The notes: generated by a model not told the origin, from the letters alone. 64,000 bases of DNA from Candidatus Latescibacterota bacterium (GCA_965203175.1 OZ241867.1:2400001-2464000); one strand, 5' to 3'. Positions 19,911-29,908 are shown, counted from the stretch's first letter. Translations and numbers: made by a program.

Positions 19911-20428
19911 ATGGTTTGGACGGGTAGGATAGTGTCTAGGTTAAGACGCAACGGCTGGACTAGGTGCGGCTGAATCACGTCATCGCGCACTCTGGTGCCC
20001 ATACGGCTGTTCAGGTCGCCCAAATAGGCTAGGGTCCACTCTACTTGGCGGCGAGCTTGGGTAATTTCTTGGGGACTAAAGGCGGGTGGAACAGGCTCTG
20101 GGTCGAATAGGTGATAGCCGGCGATTAAGGCTAAGACGGCTGCGGCTGCATAGGCCCAGCCCCATCGTCGCACCGCGACGTGCAAGCGTTGCCGACGCGC
20201 CTGGCGGATCCGGGTCTGGAGAGCTTGGGAGACCGCGTCGGGGCAGGTGAGCGAGGGTAGGGCGCGTAGCGCGCCGACCAATCGACGGGCGTCTTCTAGC
20301 TCGGCGGCACAGGCCGCGCAAGTCGCTGCATGGGCTTCAAGTCGGGTCTGCTCAGCAGGCGTCAACTCGCCGTCGATATAGGCTTCGATCCGCTCTTGGG
20401 TCCAGGAGCAAGGGGAAGTTGAAGGCAT
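19907..20428 (-). CDS. Zinc-finger (zf-HC2) transmembrane anti-sigma factor
   Basis: C...YIDGEL...HAATCAAC followed by one TM helix; directly downstream of an ECF sigma. Confidence 0.88.
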   Translation of the reverse strand: MPSTSPCSWTQERIEAYIDGELTPAEQTRLEAHAATCAACAAELEDARRLVGALRALPSLTCPDAVSQALQTRIRQARRQRLHVAVRRWGWAYAAAAVLALIAGYHLFDPEPVPPAFSPQEITQARRQVEWTLAYLGDLNSRMGTRVRDDVIQPHLVQPLRLNLDTILPVQTM

Positions 20429-20431
20429 GGT

Positions 20432-20914
20432 CTATTCCTGTAAAAGGGCGCGCAGGCGTCTCCGTCCGCGGTGGAGATATACTTTGACCGTATTAAGAGG
20501 CAACTTTAGGCTCTGGCTGATCTCGCGGTAGGAGAGGTCTTGGATTTCCCGCATGATGACGATTTCCCGCAGGGGGTTTTCCAGCCGGGTAAGGGCCGCC
20601 TCCAGTTGTCGCCGCAGGTCCACATCGCCCGCCGCGACAGCCGGAGTGCGCTGTAGGACCGGCTCGGGGTCTTGGGTGCTGACTACTGAGCGATAGCGAT
20701 GCCGTTGGCGCAAGGCGTCCAAGCAGGCATTGCGCGCGACTCGGGTCAACCAAGCCGCCACACTTTCGTCGTCCATGCGGAGGCCGTGGTGCCACAGGCG
20801 GAATAGAACTTCCTGGGTAATATCCTCGGCGTCTTCGCGGTTGCCCATATAGTAGAAGGCGAATGTGTAGATGCGGTCCCGGTGCTCTTGACAGAGCCGG
20901 CGGAAACGTCCCAT
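20432..20914 (-). CDS. ECF RNA polymerase sigma-70 factor
   Basis: DAEDITQEVLFRLW, WLTRVARNACLD, SYREIS..L.LPLNTVKVYLHRGR. Confidence 0.92.
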   Translation of the reverse strand: MGRFRRLCQEHRDRIYTFAFYYMGNREDAEDITQEVLFRLWHHGLRMDDESVAAWLTRVARNACLDALRQRHRYRSVVSTQDPEPVLQRTPAVAAGDVDLRRQLEAALTRLENPLREIVIMREIQDLSYREISQSLKLPLNTVKVYLHRGRRRLRALLQE

Positions 20915-20945
20915 AGCGGCTTTTCCATTGTCTTTCGCCTATACT

Positions 20946-20972
20946 AACGACGGCAATGGGAAAAAAGTTACA
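20946..20972 (-). promoter_or_regulatory. Putative ECF autoregulatory promoter TGTAAC-N17-CGTT
   Basis: Minus strand reads TGTAACttttttcccattgccgtCGTT just upstream of the ECF gene. Fits the AAC/CGT ECF pattern. Confidence 0.55.
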
Positions 20973-22287
20973 AGAGCCGCCCTTCTTTTTGCAGAATATC
21001 CCCGGCAATCGCGTAGGTCGTCCCGTGCATGGCAATGACGACGAGTCCGATCCCGGCCGCGAGATAGCCGCCGAGGTACAAGTTGGGGATGTCAATCGAC
21101 TCGTAGTTGTGGGCGTGGGTTTGTACTTGATCGACTTGGAAGCGGTAGTTGTCGCGCATGGGCGCGAGGGTCAGCGGCGCAAGGCCCTGTAAGATCGAAT
21201 AGTCGGCCGTGCCGCCGATTTCTTTGATTACGTGATCGACTTCCACCACTTGGTTTCCTTCGGGCGTTTTCAGCCCGACCTGTCCGTCCTCGGCGATCTG
21301 CGTCACTTGGGTGTGATACAAGGTTTTGAGCCGGGGCGAGCGGCTTTCGAGGATTTCGGCGATGCGATGGTAATAGGGCAGCCCGTGGCGGCTGTCGTTG
21401 ATGAGTTGCCAATGGACTGCTGGCCCTTGGCGCATGGCGTAGTACACTTGCTTGCCGGCGTCGTGCAATTCGGTGGCGGCCCAATCACCCGAGCGCCCGC
21501 CGCCGACGACGAGCACCCGCTCGCCGGGAAAGTCTGCGGGCTTGTCGTAGTGAGCGGTGACAAAAGGCCAGTCCTCGCCCTCCACCCCGAGGGAGCGCAA
21601 CTGAGCGCGCTGGCCGGTTGCGAGGACCAAGTACTTACAGGTGTAGCGCTGCTCAACGCCCGTTTGCACGTGCCGACTGGTGAGCTGGAAGCCCCTTTCG
21701 TGCGGCTCAATCCGCTCGACTTCCTCAGAGGTTCGAATGCGCTCTGCTACTTCAAAGCGCTCGGGCACGCGGTGATAGTACTCGATCAGATCGGTCTTGA
21801 GGATCAGGGCGTTGACGTCTAAGGCGCTTCCGATTTCTGCGGCGTGTTGTGCCAGCGGATAAAAGGCAAACTCCATCCACTGACCCGGCGACAAGGTCAG
21901 CAGGTTGTGTGGCGCGCGGTTCCACAACCCGCCGACCGGCTCGCGGCTGATCAGCAGCGCGTCCAGCGGCTCGCCGCGCCGAAAGTCCATGGCGACTTGG
22001 TCCAGTTCCTCAAAGAGCTGGCGCGGGTGGTGTAAGGTGCGGAACAGATCGACGGGCCTGATGCCGTTTTGCACGAAATACTGCATATCCAGCCCTAGCA
22101 GGGACTTCGGCGAGCTCAGTCGAGCCGTGCGGTCGAACTGCTGTAAGTACCCGGCTAAGGGCGCGTAGCGCGTGGCAAACGTGCGGCTGTTGCGGAAGAA
22201 AGGATGCCAGCCGCCCAAGACCACGGCCAACGGCAGGCCCGCCGGCCCACCGCCGACGATGATTACGGTGTGGTGTTCTGGGTTCAT
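20968..22287 (-). CDS. FAD/NAD(P)-dependent oxidoreductase (thioredoxin-reductase/YpdA-like fold)
   Basis: IIVGGGPAG, GGLW, LVLATG, VLVVGGGRSG. Start placed at ATG 22287. Confidence 0.82.
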   Translation of the reverse strand: MNPEHHTVIIVGGGPAGLPLAVVLGGWHPFFRNSRTFATRYAPLAGYLQQFDRTARLSSPKSLLGLDMQYFVQNGIRPVDLFRTLHHPRQLFEELDQVAMDFRRGEPLDALLISREPVGGLWNRAPHNLLTLSPGQWMEFAFYPLAQHAAEIGSALDVNALILKTDLIEYYHRVPERFEVAERIRTSEEVERIEPHERGFQLTSRHVQTGVEQRYTCKYLVLATGQRAQLRSLGVEGEDWPFVTAHYDKPADFPGERVLVVGGGRSGDWAATELHDAGKQVYYAMRQGPAVHWQLINDSRHGLPYYHRIAEILESRSPRLKTLYHTQVTQIAEDGQVGLKTPEGNQVVEVDHVIKEIGGTADYSILQGLAPLTLAPMRDNYRFQVDQVQTHAHNYESIDIPNLYLGGYLAAGIGLVVIAMHGTTYAIAGDILQKEGRLL

Positions 22288-22447
22288 TATCTTGTAGGTT
22301 AAAAGGTGAAAGCGAAAAATTAGCCTGTTGAAACTAGTGTTTCCGCAGTGCGACCGCCACCATAGGAGGAGACGCGACTTGAGCGGTACACGTGAATTCG
22401 CTAGCATAGTAGCGCTGACCGAACTACAAAGCAGAGGAGACAGGATC

Positions 22448-23344
22448 ATGACGCCCGAACAAATTCTGCAACACCCGCCCAAGATCCTCACCCCAGAGCA
22501 GCGGCAATCCTATTTCGACAAGGGTTTCCTCTTGGTCGAAAACCTCATCGGGCTGGAGTGGATTGAGCGTTTGTTGGCCGTCACCGACGAAATGGTCGAG
22601 CGCAGTCGCGGCCTGACGCAATCTGACGAGGTCTTCGATCTAGAGCCCGACCACACGGCCGATAACCCCCGCCTGCGGCGTCTTACCAGCCCGGTGGACC
22701 AGCACCCGGTTTATTGGGAGTTCGCCTCTCAGTCGATTCTGGCTGACGTGGCCGCCGATTTGGTCGGCCCGGACATTAAGTTTCACCACTCCAAATTGAA
22801 CTTTAAGTGGTCTGAAGGAGGCGAGGAGGTCAAGTGGCATCAGGATATTACGTACTGGCCGCATACCAATTACAGTCCCTTGACCATCGGCACGTACCTC
22901 TACGATGTCGATGACGACCAAGGGCCTTTGGCTGGGGTCGCCGGCAGCCACAACGGGCCGTTGTTCGATCAGTACAATGACTCGGGACAATGGGTCGGCT
23001 GTATCGCCGATCAGGATCTGCCCCAGGTTGACCTCAGTCGCGTTGAATTTATGACGGGGCCGGCTGGGTCCATCACCATCCATAATTGCCGTACCGTGCA
23101 TGGGTCTAAGAAAAATTTATCGCCCAAGGGACGGCCCTTGTTGCTCAATATCTATTCGGCAGCCGACGCCTTTCCCTATACGGCCAATCCCTTGAACAGC
23201 CCGCAGTACTCGGGATCTATTGTGCGGGGCAAAGAGGCGCGCTGGGCCTATCACGACCCGCGGCCTTGTCTCATTCCGCCGGATTGGTCGGGGGGATATA
23301 CGTCTTTGTATGCGCTGCAGCAGGAAGAGGAGTGGGAGGCATAA
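22448..23344 (+). CDS. Phytanoyl-CoA dioxygenase (PhyH) family Fe/2OG enzyme
   Basis: FHHSKLNFK, WHQD, GSH, GPAGSITIHNCRTVHGS..N...GR. AGGAG RBS upstream. Confidence 0.92.
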   Translation: MTPEQILQHPPKILTPEQRQSYFDKGFLLVENLIGLEWIERLLAVTDEMVERSRGLTQSDEVFDLEPDHTADNPRLRRLTSPVDQHPVYWEFASQSILADVAADLVGPDIKFHHSKLNFKWSEGGEEVKWHQDITYWPHTNYSPLTIGTYLYDVDDDQGPLAGVAGSHNGPLFDQYNDSGQWVGCIADQDLPQVDLSRVEFMTGPAGSITIHNCRTVHGSKKNLSPKGRPLLLNIYSAADAFPYTANPLNSPQYSGSIVRGKEARWAYHDPRPCLIPPDWSGGYTSLYALQQEEEWEA

Positions 23345-23349
23345 AGAAT

Positions 23350-24444
23350 ATGGCCCCGTACAAAGTAGCTATCTTGGGCACTGGCATGGTCGCCAACGTC
23401 GGTCACATCCCCGCTTGGCTGGAGTTGGCTCCGGCCGTAGAAGTGGTTGGCGCGTTCAATCATACCTTGGCCAAGGCTCAACAGACCGCCGACCGCTACA
23501 ACATCCCCCATGCGTACGACGACTTTGAACTCATGATGAACGAGTTGCACCCCGATATCGTCTGCGTCTGCACTCCCAATGTCTCGCACCGCACCTACAC
23601 CGAAGCCGCCCTCCAGGCCGGTGCCCACGTCTTTTGCGAAAAACCCGTAGCGGCCAGCTACGCCGATGCAGTGGTCATGTACGCGGCGGCCGAGGCCGCT
23701 GGCCGCCATCTATTTGTCACCCAGACGAGCCGTTTCTCTGGAACTAATACCGCTGCTAAGCAACTGGCGGATAGCGGGCACTTGGGCGAGATGTACTATG
23801 CTGAAACCTCGGCCTTCCGCCGCCGTGGCGTGCCCACTTGGGGCCGCTTCCACATGAAAGAAGCCTCGGGCGGCGGTCCGCTCTACGACATTGGCGTCCA
23901 CGCGCTCGACGCCCTGCTGTGGATTATGGGCAATCCCAAAGTGGTGGCTGCCTCGGGCGCGACGTATACCAAACTGGCCGACCAGCGCGAAGACGTGGTC
24001 ACGTCGCTGGCTGACAGCGGCGCGCCGGAGGGCGTGTTCGCACCCCGGGACTACGACATCGGCGAGTACGATGTGGAGGATATGGCCGCTGGCTTTTTGC
24101 GCTTGGAAAACGGTGCTACCATAAGCATTCGGTCCAGTTGGGCGGCTAATTTACCCGACGGCACTGGCGGCACCCTCATCATGGGCACCAAGGGCGGACT
24201 CACGTTTAATCCGCTCACTTTTATCGGCACTTTGGGCCGCTATCAGGCCGACACCCGGCTCAACGTGCCACCCGACCCCTCGGTTCCCTTCTCGGGTCAC
24301 TGGAAAGCCGCGGCCCACTTCGTCGAGGTGCTTGAGGGCCGGGCCGAGTTGATGGTAAAAAAAGAGGAAGTGCTCAACGTCATGGCCGCCCTCGACGGGC
24401 TGTACCGCTCAGCCGCCGAGGGCGGAGAAGTGAGGATAGGCTGA
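23350..24444 (+). CDS. Gfo/Idh/MocA family oxidoreductase
   Basis: ILGTG, VCTPN..H, HVFCEKP, GGGPLYDIGVHALD, DVED. Confidence 0.92.
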   Translation: MAPYKVAILGTGMVANVGHIPAWLELAPAVEVVGAFNHTLAKAQQTADRYNIPHAYDDFELMMNELHPDIVCVCTPNVSHRTYTEAALQAGAHVFCEKPVAASYADAVVMYAAAEAAGRHLFVTQTSRFSGTNTAAKQLADSGHLGEMYYAETSAFRRRGVPTWGRFHMKEASGGGPLYDIGVHALDALLWIMGNPKVVAASGATYTKLADQREDVVTSLADSGAPEGVFAPRDYDIGEYDVEDMAAGFLRLENGATISIRSSWAANLPDGTGGTLIMGTKGGLTFNPLTFIGTLGRYQADTRLNVPPDPSVPFSGHWKAAAHFVEVLEGRAELMVKKEEVLNVMAALDGLYRSAAEGGEVRIG

Positions 24445-25757
24445 TGACCCGACTAAGCGATGCGGCTCTGCAGGATTTTATCATTCAGGGATACCGCGTG
24501 GTGCAACCGACCGCGACTGAGGACCTGCACGGCGAATTGCACCGCCAGGTCGAGCGCGTGCTCGCCACGGGCAATCCGGGCAACGGCCTGATAGATCGCA
24601 TTCCCCTATTGCACCAGTTGTTCGCCGATCCGGCAATAGATGCGGCCTTGACCGGCATTCTGGGGCCTGGGTACGCCCTCTGCCGCCATTGCCACTGCCA
24701 CGATCTCGCGCTGGGTACCCAAGCCCAGAATTGGCACAAGGATTATCCTTTCGGCGGCAATGTGCGCTACCACCGCCCGCGCTACGTCCTGCTGCTGTAC
24801 TATCCGCACGAGGTGACGCCGGATATGGGGCCTACCGCGCTGGTGCCCGGGACGCAGTACTATATGGATGATCCCGACGCTGAGGTCGAAGGGGTGGCTC
24901 TTACTTGCGCGGCGGGCACTGTGGTCATCACCCACTACGAAATATGGCACCGGGCCACGACCAATCGCTCGACCCGGACGCGCTATATGCTGAAGTTCCT
25001 CTTTACCCGCACCCAAGAGTGCACGCCAGAACAGCGCAGCCGGTGGATGCCGATAGGACGCCATGCAGCTTTGTATCGCACGCTGTGGCGCTGGTACGGG
25101 GGGCAGGCTCCCGCCTTGAGGCCGCAGCGGTCGGTGGCTGCCTTGCAGGCCGCTTTGCAGGATCCCGATGAACGGGTGCGGATAGATGCCTATTACGACT
25201 TGGGGGCGCTGGGAGCCGAAGGGGTGCAGGTATTGATGGCAGCGCTAAAAGACGAGTCTGCCCGGCGTTGGCAAACCAATCTCGAGCGCGGCGATTTTAC
25301 CAATCCCAGCCAGTTGGAAAGCTCCTACGGGCTAGCCGCGGCCGGTGCTGTTGCGGTGCCCGCGCTCGTCGAGGCGTTGCAGGATGGGGACTGGTGGCTG
25401 CGCGCCGGGGCAGCTAGCGCCTTAGGTTGTATGGGTGCCGAGGCTCAGGGGGCGGCCACGGCCCTTGCCGAAGCATTGCAGGACGACAGCGAATGGGTCT
25501 GCCGCAATGCCGCCGATGCCTTGAGCAACATGGGCCAGGTGCCGGCGGCGGTACCAGCTTTGACACAGGCGCTGGACGATAGCCGCGCGATGACGCCTTG
25601 GTCTCTGTCTGATGCGCCGCTGTGCGAAAATGCGGCTATGGCCTTGGCCAAATGGCGCGCGCCGACAGCAGCGGTATCAGCCCTGCAACGGGCGCGCCAG
25701 CAGGGCAACGAATACGTGCGATCCTGGGCCGAATGGGCGTTGGACCGACGCTTTTAG
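24444..25757 (+). CDS. PhyH-family dioxygenase fused to HEAT repeats
   Basis: WHKD, YYPHEVTPDMGPT, IWHRAT.N...RYM; C-terminal AVPALVEALQD...RAGAASALG repeats. Confidence 0.85.
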   Translation: MTRLSDAALQDFIIQGYRVVQPTATEDLHGELHRQVERVLATGNPGNGLIDRIPLLHQLFADPAIDAALTGILGPGYALCRHCHCHDLALGTQAQNWHKDYPFGGNVRYHRPRYVLLLYYPHEVTPDMGPTALVPGTQYYMDDPDAEVEGVALTCAAGTVVITHYEIWHRATTNRSTRTRYMLKFLFTRTQECTPEQRSRWMPIGRHAALYRTLWRWYGGQAPALRPQRSVAALQAALQDPDERVRIDAYYDLGALGAEGVQVLMAALKDESARRWQTNLERGDFTNPSQLESSYGLAAAGAVAVPALVEALQDGDWWLRAGAASALGCMGAEAQGAATALAEALQDDSEWVCRNAADALSNMGQVPAAVPALTQALDDSRAMTPWSLSDAPLCENAAMALAKWRAPTAAVSALQRARQQGNEYVRSWAEWALDRRF

Positions 25758-25769
25758 GAGGAGAGGGGC

Positions 25770-27197
25770 ATGGAAGCCGAAAAATACTTGCTCAGCGACG
25801 CCGAGATGCAGCAGTTCATCGCCCAAGGCTACGTTCAGGTGCAGGCGGATTTCTCGGGCGATTTTCACGCCGAAGTATGCCGCCAAATCGACGCGGTGCT
25901 GGAAGCCGAAGGCAACCCGGGCAACAATATCGCGCCGCGCATCCCCGCCATCGCCCAAGTTTTTGCACACCCCGCGGTGCGCGGAGCACTGACCAGTATT
26001 CTGGGCGCGGGCTATCTGATGCATCCACACCGCTACTGCCACCTCAATTCTCCCGGCAGCGACGGCCAGACTTGGCACAAGGACGACTATATCTTCGACC
26101 AGAATATCCGCTATCACCGCTGCCGCTGGGTCATGGCCTTTTACTACCCGCAGGACGTCACCCCAGACATGGGCCCCACCGGCGTGATGCCGGGGCGGCA
26201 GTGGTACAACGGGATCTCCAGTACTGATCCGGAACAAGCGACAGAGAACGAACTGGGCTTGTGCGGCCCGGCCGGCACGGTGTCTATCGTCAATTTCGAT
26301 AGCTGGCACCGGGCCACGGCCAATCGCTCGGACAAAAGGCGCTACATGCTCAAATACCAGTTCACTCGCATGGCAGAGCCAGAGGCACCGACGTGGAATA
26401 ACGAGGTGCCCCACTGGCAGTCGCTCGACGGCGACCCACACCCAGAATTGTCGCGGCACGTGTGGGACTGGTTGTGTGGTCGATTGTGTGATCGACCGGC
26501 AGCGAGCAACGGCAGCGCGAGTTGGGAGGATTTGAGTGCTGATTCGGAAACGACCCGCTTGCAAGCGATCTACAATTTGGGAGGAGACCAAGTAGAAGGG
26601 CTGATCGAGGACATGCGGAGCCAAGCCCAGGACCAAGTCAAGACCAATCTGGCCCATTCGCCGACCAATCCCCAGGGCGGTAATCCGGGCGAAGTGGGGC
26701 CGGTACACGCCTTGGCCGCCTTGAGTGCGGACGCTTTGGACGGACTATTGGACGCGGCCCAGCAGGGGCCTTGGCCCGATCGGGCGGCGGCAATGGGCGC
26801 CTTGGCCACTATGGGCAAGGAAGCGGCTGCGGCCGTGCCGGTATTGCAGGCGGCCTTGAGCGACGATGTTATGTGGGTGCGGCGCAATGCCGCCGAGGCT
26901 TTGGGAATCATTGGGTCGGCGGCAGTATCAACGGCCCCGGATCTCGCCCGTGCTATAGGCGACGAGGTGGAGTTGGTGCGGCGCAATGCCGCCTTTGCCC
27001 TGAGCAAGATGGCACCTCCCGACGACGAGTTGGTACCGCCGGTGGCTCGCGCGCTGGCCGATCCAAATCGCTATACGCGCTACTGTGCCAGCACTGCTTT
27101 GCGCAAGATCGGGACTGCCCAAGCCCGCCGCGCCTTGGTCGAAGCGTTGGAGCCGGCCCGCTGGTGCGCCGTTACTTCGTCGTCCACGCACTATTGA
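25770..27197 (+). CDS. PhyH-family dioxygenase fused to HEAT repeats (paralog)
   Basis: WHKD, YYPQDVTPDMGPT, SWHRATAN...RRYM; HEAT repeats WVRRNAAEALG and LVRRNAAFALS. Confidence 0.88.
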   Translation: MEAEKYLLSDAEMQQFIAQGYVQVQADFSGDFHAEVCRQIDAVLEAEGNPGNNIAPRIPAIAQVFAHPAVRGALTSILGAGYLMHPHRYCHLNSPGSDGQTWHKDDYIFDQNIRYHRCRWVMAFYYPQDVTPDMGPTGVMPGRQWYNGISSTDPEQATENELGLCGPAGTVSIVNFDSWHRATANRSDKRRYMLKYQFTRMAEPEAPTWNNEVPHWQSLDGDPHPELSRHVWDWLCGRLCDRPAASNGSASWEDLSADSETTRLQAIYNLGGDQVEGLIEDMRSQAQDQVKTNLAHSPTNPQGGNPGEVGPVHALAALSADALDGLLDAAQQGPWPDRAAAMGALATMGKEAAAAVPVLQAALSDDVMWVRRNAAEALGIIGSAAVSTAPDLARAIGDEVELVRRNAAFALSKMAPPDDELVPPVARALADPNRYTRYCASTALRKIGTAQARRALVEALEPARWCAVTSSSTHY

Positions 27198-27207
27198 GGA
27201 GCTATTA

Positions 27208-29886
27208 ATGAACGCGGTTTTTTCCTTTAGCGAAGTAGCCCGGCTGCCCATGCCTGGGGACAACGTGGCCATTGCTACTCGACGTCTAGAAGCGGGCACG
27301 GGCATTGACTACGATGGACGGTCGTTCACTTTGTCGCACACGGTGATGGAGGGACATCGCTTTGCCGTCGAGCCGATTGAATCCGGCCAGTTCCTGCTGT
27401 CGTGGCAACTACCCTTTGGCGTGGCTGAGCGCTCGCTGAAGCCGGGCGACTACGCCTGCAACCAGAGTATGCTCGACGCCTTGGGTATCCGGCAGTTGGA
27501 CTTCGACCTGCCCGAGCTGGCCAATTTTGTCGATCGCATTGAGCCGTATCAACTAGATCCGGCGAATTTTCAGCCCGGGGTTGCGCTCGATCCGCATGAG
27601 GAGCGGCGGACCTTTCTCGGCTATGGCCGCGCTGGGGGACGGGGCGTGGGTACGCGCAATTACATCGTCGTCTTGGGCACGTCCTCGCGCACGGCTAGTT
27701 ATGCCCGACTGTTGGCCGAGCGCTGGAGTGGCCGGCCGGCTGGCGATGGCGTGGTGCCGATTGCCCACACCGAGGGCGGCGGCGGATCCGATCCCAATAA
27801 CCGCGAACTCTTATTGCGTACGCTGGCTGGCTTTGTCGTCCATCCCAATGTCGGTGCCGTGCTGGCGGTGGACTACGGCAGCGAAGCCGTGACCAACGAG
27901 ATGCTGCGGGAGTACATGGTGGCGCACGGCTATGCCCTCGACCATGTCCGGCACTGCTTTATGAGCTTGGACGGTTCCTTTGCGGCGCGTTTGGCAGAGG
28001 GCGAGCGGCAAGTGGCCGCTTGGGCCGAGGAAATGGTCGGCGAGGAGCGGGGCGAGCACGACTTAAGCCATCTCAAGATCGCCTTGCAGTGCGGCGGCTC
28101 GGACGCCTTTTCGGGCATTTCGGGGAATCCGCTAGCCGCTTGGGTGGCGCGCGAGTTGATTCGCTACGGCGGCGCGGCCAACCTCGCCGAGACCGACGAG
28201 CTGATCGGTGCCGAACCGTACGTGCTGCAAAACGTCAAGGATGTGGAGACAGCGCGCACCTTTTTGCACATGGTCGAGCGCTTCAAGGAGCGGGTGTCGT
28301 GGCACGGTGCCTCAGCCGAGGGCAATCCCTCGGGGGGCAACAAATTTCGCGGTCTGTACAATATCGCGCTCAAGTCCATTGGCGCGGCGCGCAAGCGCGA
28401 CCCGGACGTGCGCTTGGACTACGCCATTGAGTACAGCGAGCCGCTCAAAGGGACTGGTTTCTACTTTATGGACAGTCCGGGCAATGACTTGGAAAGCATT
28501 GCTGGGCAGGTGGCCAGCGGCTGCAACGCCATTTTCTTTGTTACAGGCAACGGTTCCATTACCAATTTTCCCTTTGTGCCGACCATCAAAATCGTCACCA
28601 CCTCGGAGCGCTACCAATTGCTGGCTGAGGATCTCGATGTCAATGCCGGAGCCTACTTGGATGGCACGCCGATGGACGAATTGGGCCAAGAGCTATTCGA
28701 GCGCACCTTGCGGGTGGCCTCGGGCGAGCGCTCACTGGGCGAGCGGGCCGGCCACGCCCAAGTGTCCATCTGGCGCAATTGGCAACAGACCGATATCAGC
28801 CGGTTAGAGGAACTGTTGGCCGCTCCTGTACCCGAGGGGCGGCCTGTGCCGGTGCGACCGGAGGTTGGGCCAGCGGTGTCGTTTCCCATGCTGGACGGGG
28901 CTATCGATCAGGTGGGGCTGGTTTTGCCCACCAGCCTGTGCGCTGGCCAGATCGCCCGCATGTGCGCCGAGCGGCTCAATACCCGGCAAGTGGGCCGCGA
29001 GCAGGGCCTGTCGCGCTTTGTCGCCTTGGTCCACACCGAGGGCTGTGGGCTGTCGTCGAGCGGTGCCACCGAGCAAATGCACTTGCGCACCATGATGGGG
29101 TACGCAGCGCATCCGCTGGCTCGGCGCGTTTTGCTGCTGGAGCACGGCTGCGAAAAGACGCATAACGATTACATGCGCAACGGCCTTGAGGAGTGGGGTT
29201 TGGACCCGGCTGTTTTTGGCTGGGCGTCGGTGCAGTTGGACGGCGGCATTGTCAAGGCCATGGACAAGGTCGAGGGGTGGTTTCGCCAAGCGCTGGCCGA
29301 GACGGAAGCGCCTGTCGCTGTGGAAGGTGGCTTGGGTGCCTTGCGCTTGGGGATGCAGGCGACTGGTGAGTTGGGGGAGGATGCGGCGCAATCTTTTGCC
29401 CAATTGACGCGCTGGGTAGTGACCGCGGGTGGCACTGTGGTCGTGCCACACAACGCGTCCCTGCTGCGGGAACCGGCGTATTTGGACTCCGTGTTAGTCC
29501 AGCCGTCGAACGCCGCGACGTTGCCCTATGGACAGGCGGCCGTGGAGCCGGGTTTTTACGTCATGGAGACGCCGACCGACCACTGGGTAGAGACGGCTAC
29601 CGGACTGGGTGCTACGGGCGTGGACTTGATCTTGGCCCATACTGGCGAGCATCCTCTACAGGGGCATCCCTTGATGCCGGTGGTGCAGGTGAGTGCGAAT
29701 CCGACGGTGGCGGCGCTCTACGGCGATGATATTGATTTGGCTCTGACGGGTGTGGCTGACGATTGGGCAGAGGAACTGGCCGCTTTGTTGGCCCAAGTGG
29801 CGCGAGGCGAGCACGTCCCCGGTGCTTTGCAGCAGCGCAACGTCGATTTTCAACTGACGCGGGGTTTGTTGGGGGTTTCGACCTGA
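27208..29886 (+). CDS. UxaA/GarD family (altronate/galactarate) dehydratase, long form with a second dehydratase-like module
   Basis: SAF domain (DNVAIA, GHRFA), GVGTRN, HTEGG, LQCGGSDAFSG, GNPSGGNK, DSPGND; second module HTEGCG and LEHGCEK. Confidence 0.85.
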   Translation: MNAVFSFSEVARLPMPGDNVAIATRRLEAGTGIDYDGRSFTLSHTVMEGHRFAVEPIESGQFLLSWQLPFGVAERSLKPGDYACNQSMLDALGIRQLDFDLPELANFVDRIEPYQLDPANFQPGVALDPHEERRTFLGYGRAGGRGVGTRNYIVVLGTSSRTASYARLLAERWSGRPAGDGVVPIAHTEGGGGSDPNNRELLLRTLAGFVVHPNVGAVLAVDYGSEAVTNEMLREYMVAHGYALDHVRHCFMSLDGSFAARLAEGERQVAAWAEEMVGEERGEHDLSHLKIALQCGGSDAFSGISGNPLAAWVARELIRYGGAANLAETDELIGAEPYVLQNVKDVETARTFLHMVERFKERVSWHGASAEGNPSGGNKFRGLYNIALKSIGAARKRDPDVRLDYAIEYSEPLKGTGFYFMDSPGNDLESIAGQVASGCNAIFFVTGNGSITNFPFVPTIKIVTTSERYQLLAEDLDVNAGAYLDGTPMDELGQELFERTLRVASGERSLGERAGHAQVSIWRNWQQTDISRLEELLAAPVPEGRPVPVRPEVGPAVSFPMLDGAIDQVGLVLPTSLCAGQIARMCAERLNTRQVGREQGLSRFVALVHTEGCGLSSSGATEQMHLRTMMGYAAHPLARRVLLLEHGCEKTHNDYMRNGLEEWGLDPAVFGWASVQLDGGIVKAMDKVEGWFRQALAETEAPVAVEGGLGALRLGMQATGELGEDAAQSFAQLTRWVVTAGGTVVVPHNASLLREPAYLDSVLVQPSNAATLPYGQAAVEPGFYVMETPTDHWVETATGLGATGVDLILAHTGEHPLQGHPLMPVVQVSANPTVAALYGDDIDLALTGVADDWAEELAALLAQVARGEHVPGALQQRNVDFQLTRGLLGVST

Positions 29887-29908
29887 GTGGCGCAAAGCGG
29901 AGCGACTG

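Noticed and set aside
20914-20928. Upstream out-of-frame ATG (MEKPL...) implying a frameshifted ECF start
   Set aside because: The sigma is complete from ATG 20914, so no frameshift is needed.
25677-26708. Long antisense ORFs (also 10802-11797, 1588-2331, 36185-36835 and others)
   Set aside because: Shadow ORFs opposite well-supported genes in GC-rich DNA, with no recognisable motifs.
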